This document shows positions 20,734 through 30,494 of a stretch of DNA of 64,000 nucleotides, piece by piece. Both the position numbers and the translations under genes were made by a program. The notes beneath the pieces are model-generated. The model did not search any database. It had not been told where the DNA came from and saw only the letters and a program-made list of their open reading frames with translations. Numbering within the stretch: position 1 is the stretch's first letter; each line of letters begins with the position of its first letter. Origin of the DNA: Clostridia bacterium (lineage in GTDB: Bacteria > Bacillota > Clostridia > Oscillospirales > CAG-272); contig JAFVTV010000037.1 in NCBI GenBank assembly GCA_017502975.1, positions 16,576-80,575 of the forward strand, given 5' to 3'.

Positions 20734-21009
20734 GCAAGAGGGAATAATCCGAACCCGCCCTAAAGCCTTTCTTTTTCGCGCTTTCGGTACTTATCACTCT
20801 TGCCAAGTTTGTACTTGGCGCCGACCGCCAAGCACCAAAATCATCAAAAAATCAATGCTTGAGGGTCCTTTGGAGTTTTGAGAAAGCAAATATTTGTAGA
20901 TGCGAGGGAAATTTTCGCGGTAATATGGGGATATTACAAGGAAATTTCCTGATGCAGATGCAGATATTTGCTTCTCAAAACCGAGTTTGGATTATTTCCT
21001 CTTGCCTAA
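20730..21009. mobile_element. MITE-like / highly structured ~280-bp intercistronic element
   Basis: ~27-bp terminal inverted repeats (taggcaagagggaataatccgaacccg / cgagtttggattatttcctcttgccta) starting at the eda stop codon; internal long hairpin 20875-20981; no ORF. Confidence 0.6.
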
Positions 21010-21033
21010 AAAATACTTAACGGAGAAAATAAC

Positions 21034-22062
21034 ATGAAAAAAATTGTAACCTTTGGCGAGCTTATGCTCCGCCTTCAGCCCTATAACTACGAGAGATTCG
21101 TACAGTGCGACCATGTAGAGTTCACCTTTGGCGGTGGCGAGGCAAACGTTGCCGTTTCCCTTGCAAACTACGGTATGGATGCTGTATATGTAACCAAGCT
21201 CCCCACCCATGCGATCGGTCAGTCGGCTGTAAACAGCCTGCGCCGCTATGGCGTTGACACGACCAAGATCGTTCGTGGTGGCGACCGCGTAGGTATCTAC
21301 TTCAATGAAAAGGGTGCTTCTCAGCGTGGCTCTGTTTGCATTTACGACCGCGCAAATTCCGCAATCGCAAAGGCAACCACTGCCGATTTCGATTGGGATG
21401 CAATCTTTGAGGGTGTGGATTGGTTCCACTTCACCGGTATTACCCCCGCTCTTGGCCCGAACGTGGTTGAGATCTGCCGTGAGGCTTGCAAGGCTGCAAA
21501 GGCAAAGGGTATCACCATTTCCTGCGACCTCAATTACCGCGGTAAGCTCTGGACCCGCGATGAGGCAAGAGCTGCTATGACCGACCTTTGCCAATACGTT
21601 GACGTTTGCATCTCCAACGAGGAGGACGCCAAGGACGTATTCGGCATTGAGGCTGAGGCTACCGACATTTACGGCGGTAAGCTGAACCACGAGGGCTATA
21701 AGTCCGTGGCAAAGCAGTTGGCTGACAAGTTTGGCTTTACCTACGTTGCGATCACGCTTCGCGAAAGCCGTTCTGCATTTGACAACGGCTGGTCCGCTAT
21801 GCTTTACGACGTTAAGGGCGACGAGTACTGCTTCTCCAAGAAGTACGATCTTCACATCATTGACCGCGTAGGCGGCGGCGACTCCTTTGGCGGCGGTCTT
21901 ATTTACTCCCTGGTAAACGGCAAGTCCGCACAGGCTGCTGTTGAGTTTGCAGTTGCTGCTTCCGCACTCAAGCACTCTATCGAGGGTGACTACAATATGG
22001 TTACCGTTGCAGAGGTTGAAAAGCTTGCAGGTGGCGACGGCTCCGGACGTATTCAGAGATAA
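21034..22062 (+). CDS. kdgK: 2-keto-3-deoxygluconate kinase (PfkB family)
   Basis: FGELMLRL, GGGEANVA, DLNYRGKLW, DRVGGGDSF. Confidence 0.92.
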   Translation: MKKIVTFGELMLRLQPYNYERFVQCDHVEFTFGGGEANVAVSLANYGMDAVYVTKLPTHAIGQSAVNSLRRYGVDTTKIVRGGDRVGIYFNEKGASQRGSVCIYDRANSAIAKATTADFDWDAIFEGVDWFHFTGITPALGPNVVEICREACKAAKAKGITISCDLNYRGKLWTRDEARAAMTDLCQYVDVCISNEEDAKDVFGIEAEATDIYGGKLNHEGYKSVAKQLADKFGFTYVAITLRESRSAFDNGWSAMLYDVKGDEYCFSKKYDLHIIDRVGGGDSFGGGLIYSLVNGKSAQAAVEFAVAASALKHSIEGDYNMVTVAEVEKLAGGDGSGRIQR

Positions 22063-22073
22063 TCTGATATAAT

Positions 22074-22169
22074 AAAAAGCGAGCGAGGGTTTCCCCTCGC
22101 TCGCTTTTTTAATATCTAAAGGTGCTAATATAAAACACGGCACATCCCTTTGGGGATATGCCGTGTTTT
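22074..22169. terminator. Two rho-independent terminators between convergent genes
   Basis: aaaaagcgagcgaggg-tttc-ccctcgctcgcttttt and aaaacacggcacatccc-tttg-gggatatgccgtgtttt. Confidence 0.8.
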
Positions 22170-22177
22170 TAAAAATA

Positions 22178-22822
22178 TCATTTGATTGCAGCCAGCACCT
22201 GCTCACTGATCTGCTTCATACCAAGCTCCGTGGGGTGCCCGTGGCTCTTATCGATATCCGCGAGCGCAACATAGCAAAAGCCGTGCTTTTCGCAAGCAGC
22301 TTTCAGGGCATCGGTCACCTCATCCTTGATGCCGCAGTTGCCGATAAATATCACCTTAGTATCAGGTAATTCCTGTGCCAAGCGATTTGCAAAATGACTG
22401 ATTGCGGGAAGAACAAAGAAAAGGTCACTCTCCTCGATATTGCCGTCCTTCCATTCGCCAAGCGGTGCTTGCGACCAACTGTCGTTTGTTCCGCCAAACA
22501 CAAAGAGCGTATCGATCTTATTATGCGCAAAAAAGCCTTCCTTCAGTAAGGTTTCAAAGCGATAGATAAACGACGAGCTGTGCGAGCAGTCCTTGCCGTG
22601 CCAGCCCGTATATCCGATCGTCGAGCCCGACCAGCTGTTATTTTGCACGAGCGTAGCGTCCGTTACCTCGATTACTCTGCCCCACCAGGTATTCTTTACA
22701 TCAAAAACATCGGGCTCCTTTTCTCGGTGTCCCGAATAATAAACGGCAAACCCCTCGGGAATATACCCCTCATACGTTGAATAACTGTCACCAAATATCA
22801 TAATGTTGCCAAGCATCATCAT
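22178..22822 (-). CDS. SGNH/GDSL hydrolase family protein
   Basis: FGDSYS, SWSGS, GGTND, GHP motifs. Confidence 0.85.
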   Translation of the reverse strand: MMMLGNIMIFGDSYSTYEGYIPEGFAVYYSGHREKEPDVFDVKNTWWGRVIEVTDATLVQNNSWSGSTIGYTGWHGKDCSHSSSFIYRFETLLKEGFFAHNKIDTLFVFGGTNDSWSQAPLGEWKDGNIEESDLFFVLPAISHFANRLAQELPDTKVIFIGNCGIKDEVTDALKAACEKHGFCYVALADIDKSHGHPTELGMKQISEQVLAAIK

Positions 22823-22852
22823 TTTCTTCCTTTCACATTACACCTTGAAGCC

Positions 22853-22882
22853 AATGGGGAGAGAACACGTTCTCTCCCCATT
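22853..22882 (-). terminator. Hairpin after the aminotransferase
   Basis: aatggggagagaac-ac-gttctctccccatt. Confidence 0.6.
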
Positions 22883-22892
22883 TCGTTTAGCT

Positions 22893-24172
22893 TTAAGCAA
22901 GCAGTTTTTCTACTGCTGCGAGTTTAACGCAGAGCGTCAAAACATGCATGGCTGCCTCAAGGTCAGCATCAGACGGGAACGTGGGCGCGATACGGATATT
23001 GCTATCATCGGGGTCGTTACCGTAAGGATAGGTAGCGCCAACGGTGGTAAGCGTGACACCCGCAGCCTTGCAGAGCGCGTATGCGCGCTTTGCGCAGCCC
23101 TTCATCGTATAAAGGCTGATGAAATAGCCACCACGCGGGCTGGTCCAGCTTGCAGTGCCCGTACCGCCAAGATCCTCGGTAAGGATACGGCCAACCGTTT
23201 CAAACTTGGGGCGAATAATGTCAGCAAGCGCCTTCATTTGGTTGATGATGCCCTCAGCGTTCTTGAAATAACGCACATGTCGCATCTGGTTAAGCTTATC
23301 AAAGCCGATGGTCTGCGAAGCCATGACCGACTTGATCTGCTTGATATTTGCCTCGGATGCGGCAACGATCGCAACGCCTGCACCGGGGAAGGAGATCTTG
23401 GAGGTGGAAGCGAAGTAGAATACGCGATCCTCAGTGCCTACCTCGCGGCATGCGGCAAAAATATCATAAAGGGTATCGTTGCCCTCTGCCTTATAAAGAT
23501 CATGCACAGCATAAGCGTTATCCCAGAAGATGCGGAAATCGGGTGCGGCGGTCTTCATGGCAGCAGGCGCTTAACGGTTTCGTCGGAGTAGGTAATGCCG
23601 TCGGGGTTAGAATACTTGGGGTTACACCAAATACCCTTCACTGCGGGATCCTTTACAAGCTCCTCAACCACATCCATATCAGGACCGGTGGGGGTCATTG
23701 CCACGTTGATCATCTCAATGCCGAGCGATTGGCAAACACCAAAGTGGCGGTCGTAGCCGGGCACGGGGCAAATAAACTTCACCTTTTCCTCGCGCACCCA
23801 AGGACGCTCGCTACCCACTACGCCGTAAAGCATAGCGCGTGCCATAGCATCATACATAAGGTTAAGAGAAGAGTTACCGCCAACAATGATACGGTCAGCG
23901 GGAATATCAAAAAGCTCAGCAAAAAGCTTCTTTGCCTCGGGAATACCGTCAAGCACGCCGTAGTTACGGTTGTCAAAGCCGTTTTCGGATCTGCAATCCT
24001 CGGTTGTCTTCAGGCATGTGAGCATATCGTTTACAAGGTCGATCTGCTTGCTGCCGGGCTTACCGCGCGAAAGGTCAAGTGCAAGTCCCTTTTTGCAATA
24101 TGCGTCATACTCCGCTTGCAGTGCCGCTTGCTCTTTTTTCAGTTCCTCAGCGTTCATTTGAGTGTAATTCAT
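22893..24172 (-). pseudogene. PLP-dependent aminotransferase (class I/II, AspAT-like) split by a 1-nt frameshift near 23565
   Basis: ORF 23555-24172 ([24 protein letters not shown]) continues in ORF 22893-23558 (WDNAY, STSK PLP lysine, IRIAP). Adding one base restores [16 protein letters not shown]. Confidence 0.85.
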
Positions 24173-24301
24173 CTCAGTTTTCTCCTTTAAGAAAAATACG
24201 GTTTTCGCATTTGAAAATCAAAGAAATTGCAAAAAAGCCGTCACTGTTAATCAGTATAGCATAATTCTGCAAGAATTGCAAGCATAAATTGCATTTTTCT
24301 G

Positions 24302-26749
24302 CTATAAATTGTTGTTTTTTTTCTCGTTTTCCTGCCAAAAAAGCTTCATGCGATATGAAAGCGACTTGGCATCCCCCGCCGCCGTGATATTTTGCCAATG
24401 CGCAGGGTAAAGATGCAGGTAAGGCTCCTCGGCGTAGCGGCTGTCGATCAAAACGACAATGCCCTTATCCTCCTCGCGGCGAATCACGCGCCCTGCCGCT
24501 TGCAGTACGCGATTCATGCCCGGGTAGGTATAGGCATAATCGTATCCTCGCTCGCATTTATTTTCATAGTAGTCACGCAGAATATTGCGCTCGTTTGAAA
24601 GCCCGGGGATACCAACACCGACAATTACACTGCCAATGAGACGACTGCCCGGCAGATCCACACCCTCCGAAAAGCTGCCGCCAAGCACGCAAAAGCCGAC
24701 GCGCAAATGCCCCTCATCCGCCTTAAATGCCGCCAAAAAGTCATCGCGCTCACGGGCACTCATACCGGGGCGCTGTACAACACATTCAACCTGCCCATAC
24801 CGTGCGGCAAATTTTTCATATACGCGGTCAAGGTACTCATATGACGGAAAATATACCATATAATTTCCCGCCTTGGCACTCACAGCGGCGGCAATATAGG
24901 TCGCGATGCGTTTATACGATTTTTCCCGATCCTCCATACGTGTGCTGACCGTGGGCACAACGGTAAGACATAGGTTTTCGGGCGCATAGGGTGAAGGCAG
25001 CGCAAGGGTAAGCGCGCCCTTCCCGCCCCCCAAAACATCAGAAAAATAATCAAGAGGTGTGAGCGTTGCCGAGAAAAAGACCGCCGCCTTTGCTCTTGCG
25101 GTAGCGGTGTCAAGAACACCGGATGGATCAAGGCAATAGAGTTGAATGGAAAATTTACCGTGCACAAGCTCGGCAAAGGTGAGAAAGCGCGTATCATAAT
25201 ACGCCGCAATACCAACAAAACGGCGCAAAGCCGAAGCAAGGTCCATCAGCTCCCCCGAAAGTGGGTGCATCGGGTCAGCCTTTACAAAAGCATCCAGCGC
25301 ACGGCGGCATTGCTCCGCTTGCTCGGTAAACCGTTCCAAGGGCGCACGGTTGACATAGTATCCGCTTTCAGTTCCGTCCTCGTGCTTCTGGCGGTTTTCC
25401 ACACAAAGCCTTGCCATGCGGCGCATGGTCATCAAAAAGCCGCCAAGGGCACCCTCCAGCTTTTCATCCGCCGGATCCACGCGGGCATAGACTGCCTCAA
25501 AGGGCTCACTTGACAGGCGCGCCGAATACATATCGCGTGCGCGGTCGGGAAGGTTGTGCGCCTCATCGATCAAAAACACATATTCTCCACGCTCCCCTTC
25601 CGATGCATCAAAATAACGACGCAAATATACAGAAGGGTCAAACACATAATTATAGTCACAAATAATGATCTCACAAAACCGCGAAAGATCAAGGGATAAC
25701 TCATATGGGCAGATGCTATGCTTTCTCGCCATTTTTTCAAGAAGCACGCGAGGAAAGCCGTTGTTTCCTTCAAGAAGCTCGGTAAGCGCAGCATCCACAC
25801 GATCGTAATATCCGCGCGCGTAAGGGCACTCCTCAGGATTGCAGCGCGATGCCGCGCCGTTTTTGCAGCCCCCCTCGTTAAGGCAAAGCTGCTCCTTGGC
25901 ATAAAGCACAACGGTGCGAAGCTTGGCACCCGACAAAAAGATCTTTGCGGCAGCGGCATATGCCTCGCGGCGTGTGCTTGCCTTTGCGGTGAGATAAAAT
26001 ATGCGGTCACACAGCGAATTACCGAGAGCCTTGACTGCAGGATAAAGCACAGACATGGTCTTGCCAATGCCCGTAGGTGCCTGTGCAAACAGTCTTTTCC
26101 CCTTGCGAACGGTACGAAAGACCGTTTCGGCAAGCTCAGTCTGCCCCTCGCGGGGATTTTCGTAAGGAAAGCCGATATCGGTAACCGAGGGGATATACTC
26201 GGTTTTGCGAAGCATTTCAAAGCGCGCAAAAAACGCAATGCGGGCCAAAAGCGAATGGTAAAAGGCGCGCAGCTCCTCGCGCGTTGCCTCACTGTAGCTA
26301 TCACGCACCGTGTCCCTTTCAGGATCATATACACGCATGCGCATGCGAATACGGGGTAAATGATAGTTTTCACAAAGGAAATACGCATAGCAGCGAAGCT
26401 GTGAATAGGCATCCTCTCGCGGTGCTAACGCATAGCGGCGACCCTGCACGGTCTTGATCTCCTCTACCGTGACGGTGTTTCCCTCCTCAATAACTCCGTC
26501 GGCACGCCCCTCAACGGTATAACACATACCGTTATAAAGCGTTGTATTGCGCAAAAATACCTCCGCCTTGTAGGAGGCACCTTCCTTTGCCTGCAATTTT
26601 CGGTGTGCTTCACTGCCCTTTTGCAGTTCTCTTTTGCTTTTTGGGGGATGACGCGCATCAATGCTGCCGCTTTTGTGCGCCATGGCACACAGCTCGGTAA
26701 CCGATAATTCTATTGCTGCTGTTTCCACGCGGTACTGCAATACGCACAC
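24302..26749 (-). CDS. DinG/XPD-family Fe-S helicase with N-terminal PD-(D/E)XK nuclease domain
   Basis: GRADG..EEIKT..QLRCYA nuclease motifs; APTGIGKT, Cys cluster, DEAH, SATL, QAAGRVIR. Start may be TTG 26740. Confidence 0.9.
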   Translation of the reverse strand: MCVLQYRVETAAIELSVTELCAMAHKSGSIDARHPPKSKRELQKGSEAHRKLQAKEGASYKAEVFLRNTTLYNGMCYTVEGRADGVIEEGNTVTVEEIKTVQGRRYALAPREDAYSQLRCYAYFLCENYHLPRIRMRMRVYDPERDTVRDSYSEATREELRAFYHSLLARIAFFARFEMLRKTEYIPSVTDIGFPYENPREGQTELAETVFRTVRKGKRLFAQAPTGIGKTMSVLYPAVKALGNSLCDRIFYLTAKASTRREAYAAAAKIFLSGAKLRTVVLYAKEQLCLNEGGCKNGAASRCNPEECPYARGYYDRVDAALTELLEGNNGFPRVLLEKMARKHSICPYELSLDLSRFCEIIICDYNYVFDPSVYLRRYFDASEGERGEYVFLIDEAHNLPDRARDMYSARLSSEPFEAVYARVDPADEKLEGALGGFLMTMRRMARLCVENRQKHEDGTESGYYVNRAPLERFTEQAEQCRRALDAFVKADPMHPLSGELMDLASALRRFVGIAAYYDTRFLTFAELVHGKFSIQLYCLDPSGVLDTATARAKAAVFFSATLTPLDYFSDVLGGGKGALTLALPSPYAPENLCLTVVPTVSTRMEDREKSYKRIATYIAAAVSAKAGNYMVYFPSYEYLDRVYEKFAARYGQVECVVQRPGMSARERDDFLAAFKADEGHLRVGFCVLGGSFSEGVDLPGSRLIGSVIVGVGIPGLSNERNILRDYYENKCERGYDYAYTYPGMNRVLQAAGRVIRREEDKGIVVLIDSRYAEEPYLHLYPAHWQNITAAGDAKSLSYRMKLFWQENEKKNNNL

Positions 26750-26775
26750 CTCCCCTACATATATTTATTAATGAT

Positions 26776-26804
26776 ATTTTATCACAGTAAGCACGGAAAG
26801 TCAA
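26776..26804 (-). promoter_or_regulatory. Putative sigmaA promoter of the helicase gene
   Basis: TTGACT-17bp-TAAAAT with TG extension. Confidence 0.6.
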
Positions 26805-26931
26805 CGGGCGTTCGGAGGCAAAGTTGCCTTTAAAATTACCATTATTTTAGGGGTAGCCAGAACGGCACTTTTGGCTTATAATGATACTACTGTGAAGAAC
26901 ACCAAAAAATCATGTGAAAGGCGGTGATAGA

Positions 26932-27537
26932 ATGGAATGGATCAGGATCAGCAGTAACAAATTAAAGATCATGCTGACTGCCGAGGATGCGGCGCGCTAC
27001 GCACTTTGCCCCGACACCGCCGATTATGCCGATACCGTTACAAGGCGCGCTTTCAAAGCGATTTTAACCGACATGCGACATGAAACGGGCTTTGACGCGG
27101 CAGATGATAAGGTGTATATACAAATGTATCCTTCCCACGAGGGTGGGTGCGAGCTGTTTGTAACCAAAATGGGCATTGAGGTTGCCCCAAAACGAGGGAA
27201 TGCCGCGAATACATATAAATCTCAGAGAAGCGAACGTCAGCCGCGCCAGTGGCGCAGCCTTGCCTTTTGCTTTGCACACGTGTCAGACCTGATCGCCGTT
27301 TGCAAAAGACTCAGCGCCTTGCATTACAAAGGAGAAAGCCGCGCTTGGCTTGACGATGCGGGACGCTACTGGCTGTTTCTTTTGGAGGAAGGAAACCCCC
27401 TGACAGCCCGTGAGGATTATCTGTTTGTCATGGAATACGGTGAAATTGAAAGCAAGGAAAATGCAGAGTTGATGCTATCCGAGCACGGCAAGTTGCTTTG
27501 TGATAGCCATGCCGTGGAAACATTGGGCGATCTATAG
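26932..27537 (+). CDS. mecA: Adaptor protein MecA family
   Basis: MEWIRIS.NKLKIML N-terminus, GCELFVTK, MEYG, EHGK..AVETL. Confidence 0.75.
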   Translation: MEWIRISSNKLKIMLTAEDAARYALCPDTADYADTVTRRAFKAILTDMRHETGFDAADDKVYIQMYPSHEGGCELFVTKMGIEVAPKRGNAANTYKSQRSERQPRQWRSLAFCFAHVSDLIAVCKRLSALHYKGESRAWLDDAGRYWLFLLEEGNPLTAREDYLFVMEYGEIESKENAELMLSEHGKLLCDSHAVETLGDL

Positions 27538-27539
27538 TA

Positions 27540-27570
27540 AAAAAGGCAGAGGATGTCCTCTGCCTTTTTT
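27540..27570. terminator. Bidirectional terminator
   Basis: aaaaaggcagagga-tg-tcctctgcctttttt. Confidence 0.8.
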
Positions 27571-27576
27571 ATGCTT

Positions 27577-28674
27577 TTAATTTTTTAGTGCTTCTTTTAA
27601 CACGCCGCCAATCACCTGTGCAATGCGGAAGAAGCCGAGGTCATTGGGATGTGCACCGTCAACCGTACAGGTATCCCACATCTCACCTTCAAAGAGGATC
27701 TCACCATCCACGAAATACACGTTCTTATCTCCTTCGGCAAGAGCTCTTTCATAGTTTGAACGAATGATCTCGCGGCGCGTGAAAAGGAACCCACGGCCTA
27801 CATAATTGACGTTGCCGAGCAATTTAACGTTTGAGCCCGTCATGAAAATGATCGGGATATCGGGATGCGTTTCGCGCACCTTTTTATAAAAGGGCCAGTG
27901 CGTGTCAATCAGGTTTTGCTCGCTGGGAGTATTGTGGTCATAGTCAAAGACAAACGCAGTCATGTCGAGTGTGGCAATATGCTCTGCCATACCAAACTCA
28001 CCCTTTGCTTTGCCCGAGAAGCCGAGGTTGATAATATCTGCATCAAGCATACGGCTGATCATAGCGGGATAGGAGTTGCCGGGGCGCGAAGCAACAGCGC
28101 CCTGCGTTGCGGAATGACCGTAAAACACAATGGGCTTTTCAAAGGCATAGGGCGTGGGGGCACTGAGATGAGAGCCCTTTTTAAGACCGATATACAGCGC
28201 CTTTACCTTATCGTAAAGCGGGAAGTTAATGGTATAATCGCAATATTTTCCGTCAGTGGACTTGCCCGAGGAATATCCCTCGGTAATGCCCTGAGGCGGA
28301 ATAAAGGACTTATAGTACATTTCTCTGCCGCCCTCATAGCCCTCGACCTTGCGATAAAGGTCAAAGCCCGTCTGCCCTGTTTTGGGCATATGGGACATGG
28401 GCGTGATATTTTTCATCACGGCCTTAATGGCAATATAGGTGGAATCGGTGCGAAAGCGCACGCGACCGCCCGTGGTGAGTTTGCGAACGCTGGTAACACC
28501 GGGAGAAACGCGCTCAGCCGCCTCCTTTGGCATACGGGTATAAAGTCCCTCACACTCCTCAAATTTCACACCGTGGATCACGAAAGGTGCATCCTCGATA
28601 TTAAACCACACGAGATCGGGCTCGGTAACGTCGGTTTCAACCACTAGATTCTTATCGATTGCATCAATTCTCAT
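27577..28674 (-). CDS. SGNH/GDSL hydrolase with N-terminal beta domain (paralog A)
   Basis: FYGHSATQG, NLGFSG, DYDHN, DGAHPND. Confidence 0.85.
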   Translation of the reverse strand: MRIDAIDKNLVVETDVTEPDLVWFNIEDAPFVIHGVKFEECEGLYTRMPKEAAERVSPGVTSVRKLTTGGRVRFRTDSTYIAIKAVMKNITPMSHMPKTGQTGFDLYRKVEGYEGGREMYYKSFIPPQGITEGYSSGKSTDGKYCDYTINFPLYDKVKALYIGLKKGSHLSAPTPYAFEKPIVFYGHSATQGAVASRPGNSYPAMISRMLDADIINLGFSGKAKGEFGMAEHIATLDMTAFVFDYDHNTPSEQNLIDTHWPFYKKVRETHPDIPIIFMTGSNVKLLGNVNYVGRGFLFTRREIIRSNYERALAEGDKNVYFVDGEILFEGEMWDTCTVDGAHPNDLGFFRIAQVIGGVLKEALKN

Positions 28675-28678
28675 GGCA

Positions 28679-29770
28679 TTATTTCTCCTCGTTCAGTGCT
28701 TTTTTCAGCACTTTGCCGATTACCTGTGACATGCGGTAAAAGCCAAGGTCGTTGGGGTGTGTACCGTCAACCGTGCAGGAATCCCAATGCTTGCCGCCAA
28801 AGAGCGTGTAGCCGTCAATAAAATAGACATTTTTATCGCCTGCGGCAATGGCATTTTCATAAGTCTTGCGAATGATCTCACGGCGATTGTAAAGGAAGCC
28901 GCGCCCCGCATAGTTCACGTTGCCCTGAAGCTTAGTGTTAGGCGCTGTTACCATAATGATCGGGATATCGGGATGTGCCGCACGTACCTTTTTATAGAAG
29001 GGCTCGTGCGTATCAATGAGATTTTGCTCGCTGGGCGTATTATGGTCGTAGTCAAGCACAAATGCACACATCGGAAGCGAAGCCACGTAATCCGCCATAC
29101 CGGGCTCACCCTTTGCCTTGCCCGAGAAGCCGAGATTGGTAAAGTTGATATTAAGCTCACGGCTGATCATAGCGGGGTAGGTGTTGCCGGGGCGCAAGGC
29201 GCAGCCACCGTGCGTGATAGAGGACCCGTAAAATACCACGGGCACCTCCTCTTTGTAGGGTGTGGGCGCACTTAGGCGAGAGCCCTTTTTGAGTGCCACG
29301 TAAAGTTCAAGCACACCATCATAAATCGGGAAATTGATGGTGTAATCATTATATTTCCCATCGGTTTTCTTACCCGAGGAGTAGCCCTCGGTGATCCCAA
29401 TGGGCGGCATAAAGGAAAAATAATACACGTCCTTGCCACGTTTTTTGTGGTAAAGGTCAAAGCCCGAGTGCCCCAGCCACGTCATATGAGAGGTGGGGGC
29501 AACGTTTTTTTGTACCGCCTTGATGGCGATGTAAGAGGAATCGGTCTTAAAGCGAACGCGCCCGCCCGAGGTCAGCTTACGTGCGCTAACGATACCGGGA
29601 GAAGCAAGCTCTGCCGCAGCCCTCGGCATGCGGGTATAGCGACCCTCAGCCTCCTCAAATTCCACGCCGTAGATCTGAAAAGGCGCCTCCTTGATATTAA
29701 ACCACACGAGGTCGGGCTCGGTAATATCGGTTTCAACGATAAAATTTCTATCGATATCTTCTATTCTCAT
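28679..29770 (-). CDS. SGNH/GDSL hydrolase with N-terminal beta domain (paralog B)
   Basis: FYGSSITHG, NLGFSG, DYDHN, DGTHPND; colinear with paralog A. Confidence 0.85.
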   Translation of the reverse strand: MRIEDIDRNFIVETDITEPDLVWFNIKEAPFQIYGVEFEEAEGRYTRMPRAAAELASPGIVSARKLTSGGRVRFKTDSSYIAIKAVQKNVAPTSHMTWLGHSGFDLYHKKRGKDVYYFSFMPPIGITEGYSSGKKTDGKYNDYTINFPIYDGVLELYVALKKGSRLSAPTPYKEEVPVVFYGSSITHGGCALRPGNTYPAMISRELNINFTNLGFSGKAKGEPGMADYVASLPMCAFVLDYDHNTPSEQNLIDTHEPFYKKVRAAHPDIPIIMVTAPNTKLQGNVNYAGRGFLYNRREIIRKTYENAIAAGDKNVYFIDGYTLFGGKHWDSCTVDGTHPNDLGFYRMSQVIGKVLKKALNEEK

Positions 29771-29817
29771 TGAATTTACCTCTTTTCTGCGAGCAATAGC
29801 TGCTTTTTAACACTTGA

Positions 29818-29903
29818 ATTTTATCATACAGTACACAGAAAGTCAATGATTTTAAAAATTTTTTCGCACCATTATTGCAACTTGTCATAAACTTTGTTAT
29901 AAT
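29818..29903. promoter_or_regulatory. Divergent sigmaA promoters
   Basis: Minus: TTGACT(29846-41)-17-TAAAAT(29823-18). Plus: TTGCAA(29875-80)-17-TATAAT(29898-903). Confidence 0.6.
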
Positions 29904-29934
29904 ATTTAAAGTTCTTGAAAACGGAGAGTATAGC

Positions 29935-30486
29935 ATGGATTGGGAAGCACTTGAAAACGAATGCAAAAGCTGTCATAAATGTGACCTTGGCGATACGCGC
30001 ACAAACTGCGTATTCGGCACAGGAAGCCGCACGGCAGAGCTGATGTTTGTGGGCGAAGCCCCCGGTGAGCAGGAGGATCTTTCGGGCACGCCGTTCGTCG
30101 GGCGCGCAGGAAAGCTGTTAGATCAGTTTTTAGATGCCGTGGACATTCCGCGTGAAAAAGTGTATATTTCAAACATACTAAAATGCCGTCCGCCGCAAAA
30201 CCGCGATCCTTCCCCTGCGGAGGAGGAGGCGTGCATTGGGTATCTATACGAGCAGATGCGCCTCATTCGCCCAAAGGTGATCGTTTGCCTTGGCAGAATT
30301 GCCGCCATGAAGCTTATCAAGCCCGATTTCCGTATTACAAAAGAGCACGGAGAATGGTTTTTGAAGGGCGATCATTTGATGACTGCCGTCTACCACCCCG
30401 CCTACCTATTGCGTGACCCACGCAAAAAAGATGATATGCTGCTTGACATGCAGCGACTAAAGTCCAAGCTTGATGAATTAACCTGA
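29935..30486 (+). CDS. Family 4 (Fe-S) uracil-DNA glycosylase
   Basis: CHKC, VGEAPG, PFVGRAG, LKCRPP, YHPAYLLR. Confidence 0.93.
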   Translation: MDWEALENECKSCHKCDLGDTRTNCVFGTGSRTAELMFVGEAPGEQEDLSGTPFVGRAGKLLDQFLDAVDIPREKVYISNILKCRPPQNRDPSPAEEEACIGYLYEQMRLIRPKVIVCLGRIAAMKLIKPDFRITKEHGEWFLKGDHLMTAVYHPAYLLRDPRKKDDMLLDMQRLKSKLDELT

Positions 30487-30494
30487 GGTATACA

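Noticed and set aside
24302-26749. CRISPR-associated Cas4 / type IV DinG
   Set aside because: No array or other cas genes are present in the window.
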